Positions 57,226-64,000 of a stretch of DNA of 64,000 nucleotides are shown here, one piece after another. The stretch's first letter is position 1. The number at the start of each line of letters is the position of its first letter. Source of the DNA: a virus (lineage: Duplodnaviria; Caudoviricetes); the IMG/VR virus record IMGVR_UViG_3300028738_000008. One strand, 5' to 3'. The notes beneath the pieces were generated by a model, which worked only from the letters and a program-made list of their open reading frames with translations, did no database searches and was not told where the DNA came from. The position numbers and the translations under genes are program-made.

Positions 57226-58299
57226 TTAGTATTTGGTTGAGTATGTGGCATACATTTTGAAGTCATTTTTCGTTAAAGCAGAGTCTCCGCCATCACGACC
57301 AGACATCTTGTCAGCCAATTTTTTTGCCAATTTAGCATTGTATATCAAAACATTTACCATTTGCGGATTAAACTCATATTTATCAATGTTATTTAAATAT
57401 TCGTCGTCAGCTGGGTTATACATTAAGGTAATACTGGCATTTTTTTCTTGTGAGAAGAATGTAAATGCAAATATGTCCCCATTATTAGCACCTCTTAACT
57501 CGACTTTAGCAAATCTAAATGGAACTGGAGCACTTTGACCAGATGATCTATCCATAATCATAAGCTGAACATCAATGTTATTAAGATACTTCTTAAATAA
57601 GCTATCGAGAACATCTTGTCTTATCTTTCTAGTTCGTGAATCGGTTCTATCCGCCTTAAATGCTTTAGCTCCCATTTCGGGCCCGATTTCATCAATAGCC
57701 AAATCCGCTTTAAATGACTTATTATCAGCATTTTTATCATAAACATCGCCATCATTGAACGATTTAATGCCGTCACGTGGACGAACGTCTTGATCTTCAT
57801 CCATATCATTTTCGTCATCAACAGTATATTTTCCAATATCCTCAACTCCAACTCCTTCAATTGAATCGTCAGTAGTTCCGTCATTAAGATCGGCTTCATC
57901 CATTTCGCCTTCATCTGACATTCCATCATCGCCAAAGAAATTTTCTCTACTCTCAACAAAGTCACCCCAAGAGGTCGCTAGAAATTGTTTGTTCTTTGTA
58001 TCGTAAACAATTGTTTTTGTATATGTATCACCCATATTAACATATATGCCAATTGCATCCCTGAAATAATTGTCAACGAATTCATTTTCATCTGTAATAG
58101 ATTCCACACCATATCCTTCAAGATATTTATTAGCCGCATCCATAGCATTTTCAGCGGCTGCGTGTGATAAATGTTGTGTATTAAGTTTCTCAGCATATTT
58201 TTCGATCATATCGCCATTTTCATCGGCTTCATTTGCGTTGAAGTTTTGATCCATTCTACCCATGACTTCAAATAGTCTGTTTTTACTAGTTTTTTTCAT
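57226..58299 (-). CDS. acidic hypothetical protein, putative internal head protein
   Basis: N-terminus SKNRLFEVMGRMDQNF is shared with 53667..54437. Confidence 0.7.
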   Translation of the reverse strand: MKKTSKNRLFEVMGRMDQNFNANEADENGDMIEKYAEKLNTQHLSHAAAENAMDAANKYLEGYGVESITDENEFVDNYFRDAIGIYVNMGDTYTKTIVYDTKNKQFLATSWGDFVESRENFFGDDGMSDEGEMDEADLNDGTTDDSIEGVGVEDIGKYTVDDENDMDEDQDVRPRDGIKSFNDGDVYDKNADNKSFKADLAIDEIGPEMGAKAFKADRTDSRTRKIRQDVLDSLFKKYLNNIDVQLMIMDRSSGQSAPVPFRFAKVELRGANNGDIFAFTFFSQEKNASITLMYNPADDEYLNNIDKYEFNPQMVNVLIYNAKLAKKLADKMSGRDGGDSALTKNDFKMYATYSTKY

Positions 58300-58305
58300 A
58301 TTGTT

Positions 58306-58737
58306 TTAATTAAATCCTACTATGCAGGTATTATTTTTAAAATCGAATTGTAAGTCAGCAGCATATAATGTTCCGCCATTTTGTAATGTCGCTCCGCCGA
58401 TAACATACTTCCATTTATATTCGTTAATGTTTTTCTTTGTGCTTGAAATAAGCTCGTCACTATTCTTATCACGTAATTCGAGATCAAAAGTACCTGTCAA
58501 GCCATTTATAACAATTTTCATAAGTCCAATACCCTCTTCGTCAGGATTAAAGCCAACACCCCAGCTAAGTACAATACTACTATCATTAATATCTGACTCA
58601 TACTCGGATGATATGTTATCATAATTAAAAAAATGTGACTGAGCAATTGGTTGTGTGAAGGCGAATTGTCCGTTTGTGAATGAGTAATTCTCATTGATTG
58701 ACTTTATTTCGTCGTCGATTATTTTGTTAATATTCAT
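58306..58737 (-). CDS. hypothetical protein
   Basis: 143 aa, begins MNINKIIDDEIKSINE. Confidence 0.7.
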   Translation of the reverse strand: MNINKIIDDEIKSINENYSFTNGQFAFTQPIAQSHFFNYDNISSEYESDINDSSIVLSWGVGFNPDEEGIGLMKIVINGLTGTFDLELRDKNSDELISSTKKNINEYKWKYVIGGATLQNGGTLYAADLQFDFKNNTCIVGFN

Positions 58738-58840
58738 AATGTCAATATTTTTATAATAAATACTTACACAAACTCTTTTCGTTTGTATTTATGTTAAAAC
58801 AATTTAAAGCATATTTTTTTATTAAAAATACCTGATTTAT

Positions 58841-60463
58841 ATGAAAACATTACACGAATCGCCATTTGTATATTTATATGAAAACTCTGGCCATAAGGAA
58901 AAAACTGTTCGTAGCATTAATATAAATGCAAGTAAGGCACAAGCAATATACGTTCCAGTGCCACCACCAACAGTTAACGCCTTATTAATGACTTTTAATG
59001 ATATATCAGGTACTTTTGTTACAGACCCATCATCTGTTGAAGAATGGAACATATTTTTTGATTTACCAGTAAATGGTAATCCGTTTACATCTGTCTCAAT
59101 ATCTTCAAATACCGTTAGTTTATTTGGCGGTAGTGACATAACTCTAAAAAATTACTTATTCGGCGATACTGATTTTGGAAACAATCTGTTGGAGTTCATT
59201 GATGATAGCGGAATCATTATTAATAGTGGTAATGGAGCATTTAGCGATACAGGCGAAATTGGTAATGGATGCCACAATATAACAAAAATATCAATGTCAG
59301 CATGCGTATCATTAGGTGATGAAACATTTGCTGATTGCTATTCATTAACAGATTTATCATTACCATTCGATAGTTATGTTACCTTGGGTTCAAATATTTT
59401 TCGTTCTTGTGGTATGGCATCATTAAGCTTTTCATCATTAACAATGGCTGGAGATAGCTGCTTCAATAGCTTGTCACTTTTAACTGAATTTAGTGCACCA
59501 ATATTAATCGTTGCGGATATGAATTGTTTTTCTGGATGCGTTGCAATATCAGCAATATCATTGCCGTCATTAACAACGGCTGGAGACGGCTGTTTCAGTA
59601 ATTGCGTATCGTTATCAATTCCTGATCTACCAATTGCAACAACTGCTGGAGTTAACTGCTTTTACAATTGTTCGACATTATCATCATTATCATTACCAGA
59701 TTTAGTTACTGCTGGAGAAAGCTGTTTCAGTAATTGCGTATCGTTATCAACTGTCGATCTGCCATTATTAACAACTGCTGGAAATGGTTGCTTTTACGGT
59801 TGTCCATTATCATCATTATCATTACCAGATTTAGTTACTGCTGGAGAAAGCTGCTTTATGGGAATAAGATCATTTACTACCATGAATTTACCATCCTTAT
59901 CATCGATAGGTACTACTTGTTTTCAAGATTGCGCATCTTTGTTAGCAGTTAATTTACCAGCATTAATCACAATGGGCGAAGGCTGTTTTAATGGATGCAC
60001 ATCTTTACTAACAGTAGACATGCCACAGTGTCAAACAGCTGGCGGCGGTTGCTTTAGTTATTGTACGTCGTTAACATCAGTAGACATGGCATCACTGATT
60101 TCAATGGGAAATTCATTTTTTTTAAACTGCATATCTTTAGTGACATTAAATCTTCCTTTATTATCGTCTGCCACGCAATCTTGTTTTGCGACCTGTACAT
60201 CATTGGTAGACATCAGTTTACCATCATTAATATCAACTGGTAATTATTTCTTTAACGGCTGTACGTTATTAACAAACATCAGTTTACCGTCATGCGTTAG
60301 TTTAGGACTTACTTTATATAATGATTCAGTTTTCAATAATATTACAGGCAAAAAAATAACTTTAACAGTGCCAACAGCTTTAATGACTTGTAATAGTGGA
60401 TCGCCTGATGGTGATATAGCTTATTTACAGGCTAATAACATAGTAACACTGATAACAGTTTAA
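58841..60463 (+). CDS. BspA-type leucine-rich repeat protein
   Basis: LLMTFNDI module, about 14 L.TAG..CF..C..L repeats, TVPTALMTCNSGSPDGDIAYL cap. Confidence 0.82.
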   Translation: MKTLHESPFVYLYENSGHKEKTVRSININASKAQAIYVPVPPPTVNALLMTFNDISGTFVTDPSSVEEWNIFFDLPVNGNPFTSVSISSNTVSLFGGSDITLKNYLFGDTDFGNNLLEFIDDSGIIINSGNGAFSDTGEIGNGCHNITKISMSACVSLGDETFADCYSLTDLSLPFDSYVTLGSNIFRSCGMASLSFSSLTMAGDSCFNSLSLLTEFSAPILIVADMNCFSGCVAISAISLPSLTTAGDGCFSNCVSLSIPDLPIATTAGVNCFYNCSTLSSLSLPDLVTAGESCFSNCVSLSTVDLPLLTTAGNGCFYGCPLSSLSLPDLVTAGESCFMGIRSFTTMNLPSLSSIGTTCFQDCASLLAVNLPALITMGEGCFNGCTSLLTVDMPQCQTAGGGCFSYCTSLTSVDMASLISMGNSFFLNCISLVTLNLPLLSSATQSCFATCTSLVDISLPSLISTGNYFFNGCTLLTNISLPSCVSLGLTLYNDSVFNNITGKKITLTVPTALMTCNSGSPDGDIAYLQANNIVTLITV

Positions 60464-60502
60464 ATTAATTTGAAGAATTTAAACTTTTTTATAAAAAATC
60501 AC

Positions 60503-60542
60503 TATTTATACTTGCAGATGTAATTTATTTGAATTACTTTTG
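60503..60542 (+). promoter_or_regulatory. composite promoter of tRNA operon 3
   Basis: TATTTATA, CTTG, N20, TACTTTTG. Confidence 0.8.
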
Positions 60543-60571
60543 CACCAGTTAAAAACAATTAAAAAATAGAA

Positions 60572-60649
60572 ATGATGAATGCAACACTTAAATACGGAAA
60601 GACTACTAAATCTTATAAAAAATATAAGATGAAGAAGGACTGTGTGTAA
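60572..60649 (+). CDS. leader peptide 3, MMNATLKYGKTTKSYKKYKMKKDCV
   Basis: 25-aa ORF with 8 Lys and 3 Tyr between promoter and terminator. Confidence 0.8.
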   Translation: MMNATLKYGKTTKSYKKYKMKKDCV

Positions 60650-60671
60650 GTGAACTATATATAATATATTC

Positions 60672-60706
60672 AAAAACCCAGTCTTAATTTAAGTCTGGGT
60701 TTTTTT
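60672..60706 (+). terminator. attenuator terminator 3 with competing antiterminator
   Basis: AAAAACCCAGTCTTAA-T-TTAAGTCTGGGTTTTTTT; AGGACTG (60636-42) can pair with CAGTCTT (60679-85). Confidence 0.85.
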
Positions 60707-60720
60707 ATGTTAAAAAATTC

Positions 60721-60792
60721 GCTCCTATAGCTTAATGGTAAAGCCTTCGACCTTTAATCGAATGACCCCTGAATCAGTATCAGGTGGGAGCA
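60721..60792 (+). tRNA. tRNA-Lys(TTT), divergent
   Basis: TTCGA-CC TTT AA-TCGAA (C33); T-loop ATCAGTA. Confidence 0.75.
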
Positions 60793-60808
60793 CAGAGTAT
60801 AGTAAGTC

Positions 60809-60879
60809 GCTTCTATAGCTCAATGGTAGAGCTTGTAACTTTTAATTATAAGACCTCGGTTCGATTCCGAGTAGGAGCA
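60809..60879 (+). tRNA. tRNA-Lys(TTT)
   Basis: CT TTT AA loop; canonical T arm. Confidence 0.85.
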
Positions 60880-60889
60880 CAAAATTATT

Positions 60890-60962
60890 GCCTTCGTAGC
60901 TTAATCGGGAAAGCTGTACACTCTTAATGTAAGGAGCGTGAGTTCGATCCTCACCGAGGGCA
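60890..60962 (+). tRNA. tRNA-Lys(CTT)
   Basis: CT CTT AA loop. Confidence 0.85.
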
Positions 60963-60969
60963 CAAATAT

Positions 60970-61051
60970 GGGATGGATGGTAAGCAGGCGAAATCAGCGG
61001 ATTGTAAACCCGTCGCTACCAGCTATTTAGGTTCGAATCCTAACCGTCCCA
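60970..61051 (+). tRNA. tRNA-Tyr(GTA)
   Basis: TT GTA AA loop; long variable arm. Confidence 0.82.
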
Positions 61052-61110
61052 CGTGAGAGACCGTTATAATTTCAAAGTCCACTTGGTATCGGAAGCGTAG
61101 AAATTAATTT

Positions 61111-61194
61111 GGGGATGTATGCAAATGGTTGAAGCAAGCGGTCTGTAAAACCGTGACGTAAGAGACGATGCTGGTTCGAATCCAGCCAGCCCCA
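61111..61194 (+). tRNA. tRNA-Tyr(GTA)
   Basis: GCGGT-CT GTA AA-ACCGT; long variable arm. Confidence 0.87.
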
Positions 61195-61256
61195 CTTGGT
61201 AGACTGTTATAATTTCATAGAACCCATTAAGTGTGGTATGCGTGGAAATTAAAAAT

Positions 61257-61337
61257 GGCGGCAGACGGGTAATGGAAATCCTAGGGGCATGCAATCCTGA
61301 GTCACAGACTATGTTGGTTCGAATCCAACCGTCGCCA
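61257..61337 (+). tRNA. atypical tRNA-like gene of unresolved identity
   Basis: Acceptor GGCGGCA/CGTCGCC and T arm GTTGG TTCGAAT CCAAC; anticodon region GGGGCATGCAATCCT is non-canonical. Confidence 0.5.
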
Positions 61338-61361
61338 CAATGAATTAAAAATTAATTAGAT

Positions 61362-61601
61362 ATGGAAACATTAGTAGAAATCATCAAAGGAAATCGTGCC
61401 GTTATGTCGCACGTATGCAATGCTAAAGCTTATTTTATCATTGAAACAATGAATAACAAGTATCAACTTGAAATGGACAGCACTGATGGTGATTGGAAGA
61501 CAACACACATGCAGACTGAATACGCTGCTATCACATTAATGCGATGGATACGCCGAGGTATTGACGAAAAGGACGGAACATTTATATCACTATATGAATA
61601 A
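61362..61601 (+). CDS. hypothetical protein at the end of tRNA operon 3
   Basis: 79 aa ORF followed by a terminator. Confidence 0.7.
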   Translation: METLVEIIKGNRAVMSHVCNAKAYFIIETMNNKYQLEMDSTDGDWKTTHMQTEYAAITLMRWIRRGIDEKDGTFISLYE

Positions 61602-61623
61602 GTTACAATCAGCTTGGAAATAA

Positions 61624-61658
61624 GAATGGCGATTGAAGAAATTTAGTCGCCATTTTTT
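61624..61658 (+). terminator. intrinsic terminator
   Basis: AATGGCGATT...AGTCGCCATT followed by a T run. Confidence 0.75.
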
Positions 61659-61697
61659 GTAACCTTTTTGGTTTCTTAACGTATAAGTATTAAAATT

Positions 61698-61769
61698 GGC
61701 TCGTTAGTTCAGCGGTTAGGGCGTCTGACTCTAAATCAGAAGGCATGGTTTCGAATACCATACGAGCCG
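61698..61769 (+). tRNA. amber suppressor tRNA (anticodon CTA)
   Basis: TCTGA-CT CTA AA-TCAGA; perfect acceptor stem GGCTCGT/ACGAGCC; G73. Confidence 0.88.
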
Positions 61770-61783
61770 CAAATAATTATAAT

Positions 61784-62080
61784 ATGAGAAAAATAACTGT
61801 TGAAAATGTGATGGCTGATGATCCTATGAAGGTACTCCAGCAATGGCGTAGCGTTAATGATAAGATCACCAGATTCATAAACGTGGCAAATCCAAGGGTT
61901 TATATGTTCATATTTGGCGAATCAGAAGGCATGCGACTATGGGAACATTTCGTAAACAATTGCGACAGACATGATTTCCAGAAATTTATGACATATTTAA
62001 CATCAGAGCAATACAATGACCTGATGATCAATTTATATTATAATGACGGCATGTATTCATTGGTGCATTATAACGATTAA
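61784..62080 (+). CDS. hypothetical protein
   Basis: Start corrected to MRKITVENV; the listed start lies inside the suppressor tRNA. Confidence 0.7.
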   Translation: MRKITVENVMADDPMKVLQQWRSVNDKITRFINVANPRVYMFIFGESEGMRLWEHFVNNCDRHDFQKFMTYLTSEQYNDLMINLYYNDGMYSLVHYND

Positions 62081-62090
62081 TAAAAAAAGA

Positions 62091-62122
62091 CTTGCATAAT
62101 TGAATTATTTAGTTTATTTTTG
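62091..62122 (+). promoter_or_regulatory. Bacteroidota sigma-type promoter for the Pth2-like gene
   Basis: CTTG N20 TATTTTTG, 35 nt before ATG 62158. Confidence 0.7.
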
Positions 62123-62157
62123 CAGTCTATTAGTATTTAATATTAAAAAGTAAGATT

Positions 62158-62487
62158 ATGACGTAGGTTAAATTAGTAACAGTAACAAGGAAAGACCTCA
62201 AAGCAGGTTATCAATTAGTACAGTCAGCACACGGCTTAGCTGAGTTTGCACATGTATATCCAACACATTTCAATGATTGGATGCGAGATTCAAAGTATCT
62301 CGTTTCATTGTCAGTCGATAATGAAGAAAACCTCAAAGAATTATTTAGTGAATTAACCAGTAATGGCGCAATCATTGTGGCATTTAACGAACCTGATATA
62401 AATGATCAGCTGACATCGATATGCTTTTATGGTACGCCAGAGATTAGGAAATTGACTGAACATTTAGATTTAGCATTAAAAAATTAA
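62158..62487 (+). CDS. peptidyl-tRNA hydrolase type 2-like protein with in-frame TAG at codon 3
   Basis: ATG ACG TAG GTT AAA...; MT*VKLVTVTRKDLKAGYQLVQSAHGLAEF...YLVSLSVDNEE...FNEPDINDQLTSICF resembles Pth2 K...V.R.DL....AQ.AHA; frame continuous with ORF 62281..62487. Confidence 0.82.
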
Positions 62488-62491
62488 CGTT

Positions 62492-62521
62492 ATGAGAAAG
62501 ATATAGATACGTCCTCCATAA
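62492..62521 (+). other. micro-ORF MRKI*IRPP* with an internal TAG
   Basis: ATG AGA AAG ATA TAG ATA CGT CCT CCA TAA, 4 nt after the Pth2-like stop. Confidence 0.5.
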
Positions 62522-62635
62522 CGTCATAGGAAACTATGAATTTGCAATTCGCAAATTGCAAATCACATGCATGAATCATTTAGAATGACGACTGTATTAA
62601 TTATAAATGAATAAATTTAAATAAAAAAACACATC

Positions 62636-63091
62636 ATGGAAGCAGTAGCAAATAGTTCAAAAATAGTATCAAAGGATACACAGGCATTAGTAAACGGTAT
62701 TTCAGAAGTTATCGCCGTAATCAATAGCAAAATCAAAACAACTGACTGGAAGCAGTCATCGTCATTAAGTGTTTACAACAATCCAAAGTTGTTCTCATTG
62801 GTAGCTGATTTAGGCACATGCGACAGAAAAAGATTGAAGAGAATTCTAAACAGATGCATGACTAACACAAGTCTTAGGAACATCAATTCAGTTATACATT
62901 TCTTATCAAAAACAGTATATAACGATCTAATTCCTACGGCTTATGTTCGTTTATCAGCCACAGAAACAGCTATACAGTTAGCTAGAAAAAAATACGTGGA
63001 ATCTCGTAAGGCAACAGAAGCTTTACAGGCTAAATACAAGGTAGTTAAAGGGGATTACTACAAAATGAAAACAGCATTAGACTTAAAATAA
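62636..63091 (+). CDS. hypothetical basic protein
   Basis: 151 aa ORF with an A-rich start context. Confidence 0.72.
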   Translation: MEAVANSSKIVSKDTQALVNGISEVIAVINSKIKTTDWKQSSSLSVYNNPKLFSLVADLGTCDRKRLKRILNRCMTNTSLRNINSVIHFLSKTVYNDLIPTAYVRLSATETAIQLARKKYVESRKATEALQAKYKVVKGDYYKMKTALDLK

Positions 63092-63244
63092 TATCGAAAT
63101 TATTTTAAAAAATCGTTGCCGAATCGAAAAAGAACTGGTATATTTGCAGAATGTATCGGTTCTTTTTTTATGTTTGAAATTATGATAATTTAACATCAAA
63201 AAAACGTATTCGGTTCTATTTATAAAAGCAAAAATTAATTATAT

Positions 63245-64000
63245 ATGACACAAGAAAATGATTTAAGTCCTATTTCGCCAGACCTCATAAAGAAGGCGTC
63301 ACTAGAATATTTCGGCGGAGATTCATTAGCAGCCGAAGTTTGGATGAACAAGTATTGTTTGAAAGACGACAATAGCTTTTACGAACTAACTCCAGACGAT
63401 ATGCATCGGAGAATCTCAGGAGAGATCGCAAGAATTGAAAACAACTATCCAAATCCAGTATCCGAGGAAGAAATCTTCCAATCCCTATCACATTTTAAAA
63501 GAATTGTTCCGCAAGGAGGCCCAATGAGTGGCATTGGCAATAACCTTCAAATCGTATCATTAAGTAATTGCTTTGTGATTGGCGATAAAGGTGTTTCAGA
63601 TTCATATGGTGGTATCTTGAAAATTGATCAGGAGCAAATTCAATTAATGAAACGACGTGGTGGAGTTGGTCACGATCTATCACACATTAGACCATCAGGA
63701 TCACCAGTAAAAAACAGCGCATTAACCTCAACAGGTATTGTGCCATTCATGAAACGTTATAGCAACTCAACAAAAGAGGTTGCACAAGATGGTAGACGTG
63801 GTGCTTTAATGCTTTCAATAGCCGTAAAACATCCAGACTCGGAAGCTTTCATCGACGCAAAATTGGAGAAAGGCGAAATATCTGGCGCAAACATTTCTGT
63901 TAAACTTGACGACGAGTTTATGAACAGCCGTTATCTTCCCAACGGAGAATTCGTTCAACAATATCCTATTAACAGTGAAAACCCATCAGTAACCAAAACT
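63245..64000 (+). CDS. nrdJ: class II (adenosylcobalamin-dependent) ribonucleotide reductase, 3'-truncated
   Basis: YFGGDSLAAEVWMNKY, LSNCFV, MKRRGGVGHDLSHIRP, VAQDGRRGALM, HPD..FI..K. Confidence 0.9.
   Translation, partial: MTQENDLSPISPDLIKKASLEYFGGDSLAAEVWMNKYCLKDDNSFYELTPDDMHRRISGEIARIENNYPNPVSEEEIFQSLSHFKRIVPQGGPMSGIGNNLQIVSLSNCFVIGDKGVSDSYGGILKIDQEQIQLMKRRGGVGHDLSHIRPSGSPVKNSALTSTGIVPFMKRYSNSTKEVAQDGRRGALMLSIAVKHPDSEAFIDAKLEKGEISGANISVKLDDEFMNSRYLPNGEFVQQYPINSENPSVTKT

Noticed and set aside
51290-61294. ORFs overlapping the tRNA clusters (51290..51526, 55002..55355, 55264..55476, 55451..55672, 55688..55963, 61064..61294) and the 5' extensions at 51525, 55644 and 61745
   Set aside because: They are incidental frames through tRNA genes; the real starts lie after the tRNAs.
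61698-61769. Pyrrolysine tRNA
   Set aside because: It has a canonical D arm, a 5-bp anticodon stem and a normal variable loop, unlike tRNA-Pyl; no pyl genes are in the window.
992-63683. Many short antisense or alternate-frame ORFs nested in long genes (for example 11235..11528, 25284..25781, 33305..33700, 63285..63491)
   Set aside because: Shadow frames of low-complexity or well-supported genes with no independent start signals or recognisable motifs.
1-64000. Genome-wide TAG reassignment (genetic code 15)
   Set aside because: All large genes are intact under code 11, gene packing is tight, and the capsid gene ends at TAG near a terminator; in-frame TAGs were found only near the suppressor tRNA.

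Overview
64 kb of an AT-rich jumbo bacteriophage genome with T4-like head morphogenesis genes. The host is probably a Bacteroidota species, judged from TTG/TTTG-N19-20-TAnnTTTG promoters, A-rich start contexts without Shine-Dalgarno sites and a Bacteroidota-type NrdJ. Layout: thyA, GIY-YIG endonucleases and a UvrD-like helicase (0-8 kb); neck, major capsid, scaffold, prohead protease, hub/transglycosylase, portal and intein-containing terminase (3-26 kb); a long modular fibre/adhesin region with BspA-LRR, DUF285 and beta-helix domains (27-50 kb); three tRNA clusters totalling 24 tRNA-like genes (51-62 kb); and the start of a class II ribonucleotide reductase. Best candidate for an undescribed system: each tRNA cluster sits behind promoter -> short leader ORF -> intrinsic terminator, and each leader is enriched in the amino acids carried by its own downstream tRNAs (PQHQPQP -> Pro/His/Gln; ELLAVDQVNLLLWADED -> Asp/Glu/Val/Leu/Ala/Trp; KYGKTTKSYKKYKMKK -> Lys/Tyr). 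This looks like ribosome-mediated attenuation that switches phage tRNA genes on when the matching charged tRNAs run short. Second system: an amber-suppressor tRNA(CUA) lies just upstream of a Pth2-like peptidyl-tRNA hydrolase gene with an in-frame TAG at codon 3 and of a TAG-containing micro-ORF (MRKI*IRPP*), in a genome that otherwise reads with the standard code. All family assignments are from motif recognition by eye; no database searches were run.
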